Positions 12,392 to 23,927 are shown, numbered from the whole stretch's first letter. The stretch: DNA of 62,855 nucleotides, filler included, from Basidiobolus ranarum (GCA_040143965.1; 29 parts of 29 records of this genome joined end to end with filler, not necessarily neighbours in it), one strand, 5' to 3'. Numbers and translations: made by a program. Notes: generated by a model from the sequence alone, not told the origin.

Positions 12392-12958
12392 GTTTATTGC
12401 CTTTAGATATTTGTTATTTCTATCCATATGAACCTAACTATCTTATAGATCACATGTAAGTTAGTAAAGATTACTTAGTCAAATATCACTTAGCTGCAAA
12501 TCCAAACATATATTATATATATATGTGAATAATATGAGAATTAGCAATTCCATATTGGAAATTTCAAACTTGTCCAAAATGCCCCAAACATAGCTCATTT
12601 TACTCCCACAGAAATTCTGAACACAACACAAGTGTTAGTTTTCTGTATTTCCACCAAAATGTATAAATGCTTTGTTTCCTGACAATAAAGAAATATTTCA
12701 CAAAAGCTATTTGCAACTCCCTTTTTCTAAAGTTCCTCCAAACCGCCCATATTTTCCCAATAGGTTATGAGCCCTGTGTTCTAACCTTTACATCATGACA
12801 GAAACCACTACAACCACTTATGGTAACTCAGGTGTTGAAAAGCTTGATGGAGAAAATTACAATTGCTGTAAGTTTATAATTCAAATCATGCTTGAAGACA
12901 GGGAACTTTGGGATGTAGCCTTTGGAGATGTGTCGGAACCTTCTGACCCCTCTTTATT
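12392..12958 (+). mobile_element. Copia family C: 5' LTR (to 12762), PBS GGTTATGAGCCCT (12763-12775), gag start (12795)
   Basis: LTR matches 35533-35911; gag EKLDGENYNCCKFIIQIMLEDRELWDV. Confidence 0.9.
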
Positions 12959-13058
12959 NNNNNNNNNNNNNNNNNNNNNNNNNNNNNNNNNNNNNNNNNN
13001 NNTTAATTAATTAANNNNNNNNNNNNNNNNNNNNNNNNNNNNNNNNNNNNNNNNNNNN

Positions 13059-13124
13059 GCCAGGATTTGAACCTGGGACCTCCTTCACTCTAGCAAGGTG
13101 CTCTAACCACTGCGCTACCAGTCC
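13059..13124 (-). tRNA. tRNA-like gene or tRNA-derived head, 3' end cut by the contig edge; identity uncertain (apparent AGA loop, short variable arm)
   Basis: GGACTGG-TA-GCGC-AGTGGTTA-GAGC-A-CCTTG-CTAGAGT-GAAGG-AGGTC-CCAGG-TTCAAAT-CCTGG-C: A box, B box and perfect T stem; one mismatch each in the D and anticodon stems. Confidence 0.75.
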
Positions 13125-13307
13125 TTGTATGCTATTCCTATATTGCTAGGAAACCTTAACCTAGTCTGTCAATGTATGGTACTTTGGCATGTCAGCTATA
13201 CAAGCAACTGATTGGCCTTAGACTTTATGTTCAGATGCAGTCACCATACTCCACATTTTCCTCTTTGGGAATTACTGCTTGTACCATAAGTCACCAGACT
13301 TTCAACA
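13125..13307 (-). repeat. LTR-like repeat type F (TGTTGAAAGTCTGGTGAC terminus), contiguous with the tRNA-like sequence
   Basis: Near-identical to 49964-50143 and 43285-43359; same terminus, different flanks. Confidence 0.85.
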
Positions 13308-13939
13308 ATTAATATATCAAGATCTTGCTACATCATGACAGAATGGCACAGTACTTGGCTAAGACATAACAGGTTGGCACCACAATTGGCTGATACATGC
13401 TGGGGTGGAATTGTCAAGATGCTCATGTGACCTATTTGAAAGGTTGGGATAAAATTATATGACCTTCCATGCAATTTGATGATAAGACTTTAATGTGACT
13501 TACTATGACTAACTACTGAAACATCATATGACTACTGACTGATATTGATTGATATCTAGATATCTGACAACTGATGGTACTGACAAACCTGATATATCAA
13601 TATTACTAGTTATTGCATAACCTAGGTATTACTAAAGCTGCCATGATTAATGAATTAAAACATTCTCTCAAACCAATAATGAGAAGGCTCCTCTAAGTCT
13701 TTCTTCTTTTTGCATCAATATTTGTTTGGTGCATCAATCTCTTGAGATCTGGCAACTGTGAGTCTGTCCCAATGGACTACATTTTCTGTAGGGACTGCTC
13801 TATGCATCAGTAGATGTGTGTGTAATGGGCATTTTCTGATAACTTTGAATGGTCATGTCTGCACGCACTCAAATATCTTCTTCATTTTATTTCTTTACAG
13901 TGCAAAGGTAGTGACTCATTGACTGAATACTATACTAAA

Positions 13940-14203
13940 ATAAGATGAATAGTAACTATTTATTTAGTTGCCAGTTTATTCATATTCTGATTATGTAGCA
14001 CTCAATTCTGACATTCAAAAACATGTGTTTATTGCTCTAATTGATAGAAATATCAATTAGAGCACTTTTACCAATTTTACTAGTTTTTCAAAACTTCTCC
14101 AAATCACCTGAAATTTTCACCCATGCTTTACAGGCTTGTTTGCTAAGATCTAAGCAAGTCCAATAGTTATATTTCATAGTAAACCATGAATAGGACATAT
14201 TCA
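13940..14203 (+). repeat. Copia LTR type A, partial
   Basis: Matches 14635-14890. Confidence 0.75.
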
Positions 14204-14206
14204 GTC

Positions 14207-14497
14207 TGTTAAAGTATCTGGGAGCCAGTTGGATGTGGCTTGGAGGATTAGAAACACTGAGAGTTTTGACTTATTGAGTAAAAAGTTGATATTTATAGTT
14301 TTGTGAAGATGTAAGCAAACTAATATCTTAAGTATTTCAAATAAGGTCCCATTAACCTGTGTGCAAAGTTTGGGGCCTCTAGCTCAAGTTTGAAAAATCT
14401 ATATATTTAAGAACTTCTAAGTTTGTAAACTATTCTAAGTAAATTCTGATTGACAATAATGGAAAATATCTTGGTGAATTATACGATAATCAGGTAC

Positions 14498-14528
<31 letters not shown>

Positions 14529-14600
14529 CCCCCTCAACTAAGTAGTCATACTAACTAATCATAACAAAGGTTTGAAATTCCTAAATTTTGTCTAGGTAAT
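14207..14600 (-). mobile_element. Copia 3' end: RNase H tail, PPT and LTR type B (14207-14526, with a (TA)n expansion)
   Basis: PPT agttgagggggag; LTR matches 44828-45175. Confidence 0.8.
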
Positions 14601-14623
14601 GTCACACTGGGGAACTAGATGAG

Positions 14624-15133
14624 GGTTGAAACTAGGTAAATAGCAACTCATTATTTAGTAATTAGTTTATTCAAATTCTGATTGTTTAGTTCTCAGTTCT
14701 GCCCCTCAAAATGTGTGTTTATTCCTCTAATTGATAGAAATATCAGTCAGATCACTTTTACCAATTTTTCACCATTTTCTCAAAACTTCTCCAATTCACA
14801 TTAAATATTGACCCTTGCTTTACAGGCATGTTTGTTAAGATCCAAGCACTTTCAATAGTCCAGTTTTGTAGCAGATATAAATAGGACCTTTTAAATTGGA
14901 TAAAAACAAAATATCTAATGCATAGATTGAAGTCTTGTCCAAAACACTTGCAAATCCCCTAAACACTTGAGTCAGGTTATGAGCCACAAGCTAGGAGCTA
15001 AAGGAATGTCTACCAGTACTATTACCAATGTTTTTGGGTCCACAGATATGGTTGATGGTGGAGACTTTCACCTTTGGAAGTTTAAGATGCAAATAGTGTT
15101 AGAAGACAAAAATCTTTGGGGATTTGTTACAGG
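14624..15133 (+). mobile_element. Copia family A: 5' LTR (to 14974), PBS (14975-14986), gag start (15006)
   Basis: GGTTATGAGCC abuts the LTR; MSTSTITNVF...FHLWKFKMQIVLEDKNLWGFV. Confidence 0.9.
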
Positions 15134-15233
15134 NNNNNNNNNNNNNNNNNNNNNNNNNNNNNNNNNNNNNNNNNNNNTTAATTAATTAANNNNNNNNNNN
15201 NNNNNNNNNNNNNNNNNNNNNNNNNNNNNNNNN

Positions 15234-15744
15234 GAAATTACAGGGGAATATTGAATTTGTTGAGAAACACTGAGAAGTGTTGAGATCCTATATTTGTTGA
15301 GACACACACTAAATCAAAAGGTTCAGTTAGCTTTATTTATACTTTTTGATAGCAAAGTGAATTAGTCAGCACTAAGATACTAGATACTTAATTTTGATAA
15401 AAACAAGGTGAATGGATACATAGATAGATAGATAATTGAGTCATGCATCAGCTGAAGTCTTGGCAGTGAAAGATCATTGGTTATGAATCTGGTGACTCAT
15501 ATTGACCTGTGTCCAAGCAGATGACTCAGAGATTAACATTAATTGGATAATGATCATGTGATGGGCCTCATGATCTGTTAGAAGTGATAAGAGAATAGAT
15601 AGTCAGTCATGTGATACGTCACATGATAGGGCCACTGGACAAGGTCATGTGACCAGTTGGTAATGAAGATAAACTAAACAGATATTCAAGCAAGTTATAT
15701 AGATATGGTGTAAGTTCAGCAACTCTATATGTTGGTGCATAACA
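15234..15744 (-). repeat. LTR-like repeat type E
   Basis: Highly similar to 47796-48100 and 53894-54196; TGTT terminus; contains (GATA)n. Confidence 0.75.
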
Positions 15745-16363
15745 GGATATACAGCAACATAGGTCATCTGGTGCCTCATAGATCTTTGTGAAAAGGGAAT
15801 CAAGTATCCACAAGTGTCTAAGGATAGATATACTGCAATACAATCTCCAGTTTCTGTTAAATAATATGTGGTGTGTGACAAAAGTGTATATTGGCATTAA
15901 CATCCTTTAAGAATGATCAGATAAAAGTGTATATTGAATCAAAAACAACTGTAAACTCAGCCAGCAAGGTCACAAAAAAGCATGCACTAGTAGTGAATTA
16001 TCCAGGAATGTGCAAACATGCTTTGCCTATGCAGAAAAACAAGGCAAAAATATATAAAGAAACAGAAATTTCACATCTACCAGTCAGTACTTCCTTGGAG
16101 CCAGTTAATCCCTCTCAGTCCCATAGTAGCCAGTAACTGTCACTAGTAGTCTCTCTTGAGCATCCTCTCCAAAGGTCTTTCAAGTAGTGATAATAATAAG
16201 GGAGGATCAGTAGTACTAATTGTAAGTTGAAAGCCAGGATGATTTTAATTATATATATATGGCTTCTGTGTATACTTTTCTAAAGGTAGAATTGAATACT
16301 ATGACAACTTGCAGAAAGTCCCAGATAATTCTATTAGTGGGGATCTGGGCATATGAAAACACT

Positions 16364-17307
16364 GGACTTGTTCCTAGTGATAGTGCTGGAAGTGTTGTAT
16401 ATATCATATCACACAGAGTATTCTAAAATTTATGCTGCACAATTTGGCATGATTGGGTGCTATCTGGTACAATGTTCTTTACCATTTCAGAAATAGTAGC
16501 TTTACTCAGGGGATGTATTTCAAAAAAGTGCTTTTAGGTATGATCACACATTGAAAAAATGATCAAGGCTTTATTAATAGTGTCTTAAGTCTAGAGTTCT
16601 TAATGGATATCCTTGAGTATGAATATATTGAGAATTAAGCATGATTTTGACTACTTTGCCTAACTTTAATTGAGGCCCAAAATATGATTTACCTATGGTG
16701 TTGCTATATCTCTTCAAGAGACCAAAGTTAAGTTTTATTCCTGCTCTAAACTGGGAAAAAATGGTATTTCAAAGGTTTTGCCTCTCTGTAAGTATCCCTG
16801 GATGTGGCCCACTAATCCAAATCTGTAAAAGCCAGGAACTTTACACAGTGAGCTTGGCATTTGCCTGAACAGAATAGAATTTGGCTGCTTTTGGCCCCAT
16901 TAATTATCACAGGAAATGTGTCAAGAATAATTGTGATATGAATTCTATTAGGAAATACTCCAGAAAATGGAAGGAAATTAGAGTCTCTAAATCTTTTGTC
17001 TCAGGAACCTTTGATATCATTCATCACTAAAGCAGGATAATTCTCACTTTCTTGCAACCAGTATGAAAGCTTTTCCCACTTTCACTACCATTAATAGTGC
17101 ACTGAAATCTGATTGGACAATAGTTTTTGTAGTAACAAAACAAATTGACTAGTGCTTTCAGATAGGTATTGGAGTGTATGAGCCACCATATTTCTCAAAT
17201 ATAGCTTCTAAGGTGGTGATAGGAAAGCCAGTAGTTGCTTTTAGATTAATGGGGAATCACCATTTAGAGTAGGTGGAGAGCATGATACTAATCTTGTATT
17301 GGGCTGG
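16364..17307 (-). mobile_element. PIF/Harbinger-ISL2EU (PHIS)-type DNA transposon: TIR plus decayed DDE_Tnp_4-like transposase (~16650-17285)
   Basis: TIR GGACTTGTTCC at 16364 (left flank ACT). Minus strand reads LKATTGFP, TIILDTFPVII...FCSGKCQAHCVKFLAFTDLD and FSQFRAGIKLNFGLLKRY, matching IS5/Harbinger motifs D..(Y)SGK..H..K and R..IE..FG.LK. Confidence 0.7.
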
Positions 17308-17407
17308 NNNNNNNNNNNNNNNNNNNNNNNNNNNNNNNNNNNNNNNNNNNNTTAATTAATTAANNNNNNNNNNNNNNNNNNNNNNNNNNNNNNNNNNNNN
17401 NNNNNNN

Positions 17408-19481
17408 CAATCTGAAAAGTCAAGGTTTCTTTGAGAAAACATATGATCATGCATTTGCATTGGCTCTGGATGGTTTCTTACTAAACAAATATACCATTGG
17501 AAAGGCTTGCTGGCCAATAATTTTAATCAACTTAAATCTTCCTCCTTCCAAACAATATAAGAGTCATAGTATTTTGATACTATCCATCATATCTGGACCT
17601 AAATCTTCTATGCTCTATATGTAGCTTCTTAGAGCCACTGATTGTAGAATTTGAATGGTTATATAATGGGGTTCAGATGGTTGAATATTTTATTAAAGCT
17701 AACATCATTGTATATACTGGTTACACTCCTGCCATCAGTAAACTTGGAGGTTTTGCAGGCACAATGCACTATCTTGCTGTAGATTTTGTCAAATCAACGG
17801 AGTTTACTCTAGCAGGCGTACACAGTACTATTATCTAAATACAACACAAAACTGCATGAATTTAATGTTGAGAGCCCAGTCAGATTTCAATAAGTTAATT
17901 GATATCACTGATATCAATTCACCAAATAGTCAGTCTATCATCAAACTTGGTATTAGCTGTAAGCCTAAGCTTATACTGATCAAGAGAATCAGCTAGAGCC
18001 CAAGCATCCTATTAGGCTCTATGCACTTACTATTCAAAAACATTACAATACTACTTACTCAGCTATATTGTGGAAATTCATTATGAATGAGCCTTTCAAG
18101 ATAGGATCAAAGTTTGAATTGATTGGGATGATGCTTCAACACATCAAGATACCATTGTATTTTGCCAGGACTCCCATCAATATCTACTCATCTAGATGAT
18201 TATTCTACTGCAAAGACTGGAAATGTTAGATTTGTATAAAGTCAAGTGAAATTTTGAAAAGATTTCTGCCTGATAAGTATTGGCAACATTGGCTGTTGTT
18301 TGTGGATATTGTTAGTCTATTCTTATGGCAGCAACTCACATTGGCAGATCTCAGGCAGATACAGCAACTGTGCAAAGATTTTGTCATTTGATATGAAAAA
18401 CATTTTACCTGTTTAAAATGATAGACTAAACCTATGCTGGTATTCAATACATTCCCTGTTGCATCTCTCACAATGCTTAGAGATTATAGGCCCTTGCTAT
18501 CCATTCTGGGAGTTCCCAATGCAGCACACCTGTGGTGAAATGATGCTCTGTGTGAATTTGTCAGTATTAATGTATGGTAATTTGATTAACAATTTATCAG
18601 TAAAATCAGTGATGGATGTATTGTGATGTGTTAAGGAGACTCCAGAGTATATTAACTGGCCAACAAAGGGCACTTCTCAATGTGCTCTTGGGTTTTGCAT
18701 TGTTATAGCACAATAACAGCAACAATGCCCTATCCATGGACACAGAGTAAGTCCTTCAATAATCAGACTATTTGGCTATGTGATAATCTGATGGTATTTT
18801 TAGGAAAGCAGCAAGACAGACTTCTTGGTGAGATAGATCAAGATTTGCAGTATTTTTGTTTTAGCTACAGGGTAATCTATTCAAGCAATGACACATCTAC
18901 TTGTGGCAGGCCATTTCTTGACTGCAACCTGGCGATATATTGGCTGAATTCTTTATGGAAATTTGCCAAAATACAAGTGCTTATTCTCATTGTGAAAGGT
19001 ACCAAGAGTCAGCTATTTGCCAAGTATCCATGTTATTCAAAATTTCAGATGTTTAGCAACTTTTCCACCCTTAGTTTGCTGGTAAATCATATTGAAGTCA
19101 TTGAGTTATGTCTAATCAGTCAAGTATTTGAGTATGTAGAGATTAAACACAACAAGATTCTTGTATTCTTTGATTCTCATAATGGCTGGAACACAAAGCT
19201 TGAACTATCTAAATAAAGGCTTGCTTAGTATTTTGAATTCCTACAGCAGCAAACCCAGTAATTTGCCTTTCAAAAATTAAATGTTTGCCAAAATTGCCAG
19301 ATATTGATTAATACATGCCTAATTTAAGGATTAATATTTTAACATTTATGAATACAGTCCAAATACCATCAAGAAACCTCTGTCACACCATCAAAATCCC
19401 TGGCAGAATGTAAGCCAGCAATATTGTGACGGTTCTCTGATGGTTTTGCTATTTTGGAGGGTGGATCCAATCCGGATCAAA
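17408..19481 (+). mobile_element. CMC/EnSpm transposase (Transposase_21 and DUF4218-like) remnant, running to end B
   Basis: ALALDGF, WPIILINLNLPP, GPK, CCRFCQI, MHLL, GPCYPFWEFPMQ; subterminal ggatccaatccggatc. Confidence 0.9.
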
Positions 19482-19581
19482 NNNNNNNNNNNNNNNNNNN
19501 NNNNNNNNNNNNNNNNNNNNNNNNNTTAATTAATTAANNNNNNNNNNNNNNNNNNNNNNNNNNNNNNNNNNNNNNNNNNNN

Positions 19582-19878
19582 AGAGAAAGTTCAAGACAAA
19601 GAAGTGAACTTTATTTGTTGTAATACTGAAACCATGCTTGCAGATATACTAACAAGACCACTAAAAATTTCAAGCTTTGAGAAGTTAGGAGCAGGAATAG
19701 GCATTAGTGAATATAAGAACAATTACAAATAAGAATTAAGGGAAGGTGTTTGATAATTAATCTCTATTCAACCTCTTGGTTAACTTTAGTCACGATACAT
19801 ATATCAGAAACAGAAAGCAATGTATTACAGCCCCTATATTCTAAATAGGAATATCTCCATATCAATCTAACAAGTATG
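19582..19878 (+). mobile_element. Copia RNase H tail, PPT and LTR type D (from 19747)
   Basis: CNTETMLADILTRPL; PPT aagggaagg; LTR matches 38870-39021. Confidence 0.8.
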
Positions 19879-20320
19879 TGTTAAAGTACTTGGAAGCCTG
19901 TTAGAAGTGGTTTGGAGAATTAGAGGATTTGGTGGTTTTCACTTATTGATTTATTGAGTTGAAAGCTGACATTTATAGTTTGTCCAGATGTAAGCAAACT
20001 AACATGTAGAATATGTTAAGGAAAGTCCCAGGAGCATGTGTGCAAAGTTTGGGGCTTCTAGCACAGGTTTGAAAAATCTATATATCTGAGAACTTCCAAG
20101 TTGGTAAAAATATCCAAAGTAAATTCCAATTGAGAATAATGGATTTTATTAGTAAATTATAAGATAACTGAGTACTAAGCTATATACAACTATGTAGGTG
20201 TTTAGACAAAGCTAATCTCAACACTCTCCATCAACTAAATAGTCATATAAACTAATACTGATAAAGGTCTAAATTTCCCAAACTTCTGTCTAGCTAATGG
20301 TTTGGTTATTATATCAGTAA
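19879..20320 (-). mobile_element. Copia 3' end with full LTR type B (19879-20223), inserted into LTR D
   Basis: TGTTGAGA...TTTAACA termini on the minus strand; PPT and RNase H tail (EDIIT..ITKPLARQKF). Confidence 0.85.
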
Positions 20321-20334
20321 TAATGTCTTCTGTA

Positions 20335-20530
20335 GAACAATATAGCTTGGAATAGCAAGGAGCAACCAATCATAGCACTTTCCACTCCAGAAGCAGAGTA
20401 TATGACTGTGTCTACTACTACACAAGATGCTATGCAATCAAGGTTATTTACAGACTTCATAAATAAAAACATGCTATTGCTGTCTTTGAAGATTTTAAAG
20501 TTGTATTTCATTAGTTAAGAACCGTACATT
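20335..20530 (+). pseudogene. Copia RNase H fragment
   Basis: IAWNSKEQPIIALSTPEAEY. Confidence 0.75.
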
Positions 20531-21494
20531 TAAGAATTCAAATGGTGTATCCAAGGCTTAATAATATCTTGGGCATTCATCTTGGTATCTGGTGCCACTA
20601 TTCCTTGAAGAAGATTTTGTTTCTGAGGAATACTGATAATCAAGTGTTGGCTCTTCACACTATAACCCTGCTATTTATACTGCATACATATTAGGGTGTT
20701 TTATATTTACACTTTGCATTCCTATTATTGAAGCATTTTGAGAGTTGTTGGAAGGGATATGGAGAATTAGATACTGATAAATTGAGTACAAGTGATACAT
20801 ATATATTTATCAAGAAATAGATAAACTAAATCATAATGGATGCCAACATGTGTGGAAAGCTTGTGGTTTTTTAGGTTTGAGAAAATCACATGGTCTGAGA
20901 ACTTCCAAATTGGTCTCAATATTATAAGAAAATTCCTCTTGAAGATAATGAATAATAACATTGTGAAATTTAGATAGCTAGCTATATGACTATGTAGATA
21001 CTTCAGCTATATGATTTTCAACACATGTATGAGTTATAATAACCCTTTCAATATTGTGAAAAATATATTGGAAGTAGAAAAGATCTCACTGCTTAAATAT
21101 CATTATCATTATTGGATACAAATATTATATTGAGTAATAGTTAATAACAGCTTTTGTTAAATATGGTATATGTCTATTAAACGACTTAACAACACAATTA
21201 TCCAGCATCTAGTATATACAATGAACCTCTCGTGCATTTTGGATATCAATAGTAGTACACACAGATATAATTTAAAATTACTACAGTAATTTTAGGACTG
21301 AACAAACAGCTAGTTATTAAGATAGTATCCGAATCAAATATTCCATATGATATCACCATATCAATGAAAAAGATGTTTTATGAAATGAAGGCTTTATTGA
21401 ATATAAGAAAAGCAACAGAGTATGTATGATTAATGGGAAATGTTAGTTGTACAATGGAGCAGTGACAGTGGATTTAAGGAGTGAAATAACACGG

Positions 21495-21653
21495 CTAAGC
21501 TTTGGATGCAGCTGCCTTAAGACCTGCTTCAATACGACGTCCGTATTCCTTATCTGCTCGCTTGAAGTGTCCAACTTGACGTGCTTGAATCTCCTTCTTG
21601 GCATTCTTCAAGTGTCCAACAATATTCGACACAAGTCGCTCTTGTTGCTCTTT
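21495..21653 (-). CDS. Catalase (small-subunit monofunctional), C-terminal 52 aa, partial
   Basis: KEQQERLVSNIVGHLKNAKKEIQARQVGHFKRADKEYGRRIEAGLKAAASKA* is the typical catalase C-terminal helical region. CpG-rich; absent from the ORF track. Confidence 0.85.
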   Translation of the reverse strand, partial: KEQQERLVSNIVGHLKNAKKEIQARQVGHFKRADKEYGRRIEAGLKAAASKA

Positions 21654-21754
21654 GNNNNNNNNNNNNNNNNNNNNNNNNNNNNNNNNNNNNNNNNNNNNTT
21701 AATTAATTAANNNNNNNNNNNNNNNNNNNNNNNNNNNNNNNNNNNNNNNNNNNN

Positions 21755-23827
21755 GTCCACTGCTCATCAAGAAGAAATAGCCTTTAATATCAATTCTTCA
21801 CCTCACCACCCAGTCATCCTTGGGATCTCATGGCTCATGCAGCACAACCCAGTAAGCAATTGGAAGAAGAAGATTATGACATTCAAGCAAACTCCACCTC
21901 CTAGTCCATATTTGCCAACCTGCAAATTATCCAACTCAGCACTAGCCCAACTCCTAAAAACATCTATAAAGCCAAAATTCATTGACAGTATTGCAGAAAA
22001 GCTGAAACCAACAAATCTATGGTTCATAAGCTCCCACCCAAATACCAAGCCTTTGATGATGTCTTTGACAAGAAGAAATCTGATATACTCCCAGCTCATG
22101 GCCCATATGATTGCCCTATAGATCTACAAGAAGGAAACAACCACCATTTGGGCCTATATATGGGCTAACCCAGCCAGAACTCAACATTCTGAAAGAGTAC
22201 ATTGCAGAAAATCTGGAGGAAGGATATATCCAACATTCAAAGTCCCCAGCAGGCTCTCCAATCTTATTTGTCAAGAAAAAGGATGGATCCCTCCACCTCT
22301 GTGTTGAACATTGAGGCCTAAATAGCATTACAGTCAAAATTGGTACCCCTTGCCATTAATCAACTCACTCTTGGATCAGCTTGCTTCAGCCAAGGTGTTT
22401 ACAAAGATTACTTTAGGAGGTGCTTACAATCTTGTACAAATCAAACCAGGAGACCAATGGAAAACTGGCTTTGAATTTGCTAAGGACACTTTGAATACAA
22501 TGTCATGCCATTTGGACTTACCAATGCCTCTGCAGTCTATCAACGCATGATGAATGATATCTTCACAGAGTCTCTTGACCAATTTGATGTAATCTACCTT
22601 GATGATATCTTGATCTTCTCATGCTCTCAAGAAGAACGCAATATTTGTGTTTGCCCCCAGCAGGCTCTCCAATCTTATTTGTTAAGAAAAAGAATGGATC
22701 CCTCTGTCGCTGCATTGATTATCAAGGCCTAAATAGCATTATAGTCAAAAATTGGTACCCCTTGCCATTAATCAACTCACTCTTGGGTCAGCTTGCTTCA
22801 GCCAAGGTGTTTGCAAAGATTGATCTAAGAGGTGCTTACAATCTTGTAAGAATCAAACCTGGAGACCAATGGAAAACTGCCTTTTGGACTTGCTATGGAC
22901 ACTTTGAATACAATGTCATGCCATTTGTACTTACTAATGCCCCTGCAGTCTTTCAACACATGACGAATGACATCTTCAGAGAGTATCTTGATCAATTTGT
23001 GATAATCTACCTGGACAATATTTTGGTCTTCTCAAGCTCTCAAGAAGAACATAATATTTATGTTTCCAAAGCCCTAGAAAAGTTGAAAATCTCTAGGATC
23101 TATGCTAAATCTGAGAAATGTGAATTTGATCAAGCTCAAGTTGAATTCCTTGGATATAACATCAGCCAATCAGGCATCTCCATGGACCCTAAGAGGGTTG
23201 AATCTGTTCTGTCTTTGGATATTCCTAAGAATGTGAAGGATGTCCAATCTTTCCTGGGATTTGCAAACTTTTACCAACAGTTTGTCAAGAACTACTCAAA
23301 TTATCTGCTCTGTCAACAAACCTTACAATGAAAGAACTCCTATTTGACTGGAACCCATCTTGCCAACAAGCATTTGTAACTTTACAGAGTGCTTTTACCT
23401 CAGCACCAATCCTGGTGCATCCCAAGCTAGATAAGCCATTTATTGTTGAAACTGATGCCTCCAACTTTGCTCTAGGAGCAGTACTCTCACGGTCTGATGA
23501 TGACAACTTACTGCACCCTTTTGCCTTTTACTCAAGAAAGTTCTCTGCCACAGAAATCAACCATAACATCTATGACAAGGAACTTTTAGCAATTATTGCT
23601 GCGCTTGAACAATGGTAACAATACTTGGATGGAGCAAATCACAAAATCATAGTTTATTGTGATCACAAGAATCTTCAGTATTTTAGTACAACCAAAGTTC
23701 TCAACCATCATCAAGCAAGATGGTCATTATTTCTTGCCAGTTTTGATTTTGTGACTTCATATCAAGCAGGTAGCCAGCAAGGAAAGCCTGATGCCTTATC
23801 AAGTAGAGCAGAGTATCAGCCTAAAGA
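21755..23827 (+). mobile_element. Ty3/gypsy pol remnant: protease end, RT, RNase H, with a ~410-bp internal tandem duplication
   Basis: [34 protein letters not shown] (twice), KIDLRGAYNL, YLDNIL, ETDASNFALGAVL. Confidence 0.95.
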
Positions 23828-23927
23828 NNNNNNNNNNNNNNNNNNNNNNNNNNNNNNNNNNNNNNNNNNNNTTAATTAATTAANNNNNNNNNNNNNNNNN
23901 NNNNNNNNNNNNNNNNNNNNNNNNNNN

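Noticed and set aside
13085-13097. Reading the tRNA-like loop as a CTA amber-suppressor anticodon
   Set aside because: Canonical arm spacing puts AGA, not CTA, at positions 34-36, and the stem is imperfect, so no identity is claimed.
14498-14523. (TA)n tract
   Set aside because: Simple expansion of the TATATA motif inside LTR type B.
21447-21710. Plus-strand ORF in the track (also 36988-37302, 37870-38133, 4757-4996, 23285-23506)
   Set aside because: These are antisense shadows of real coding sequence on the other strand.
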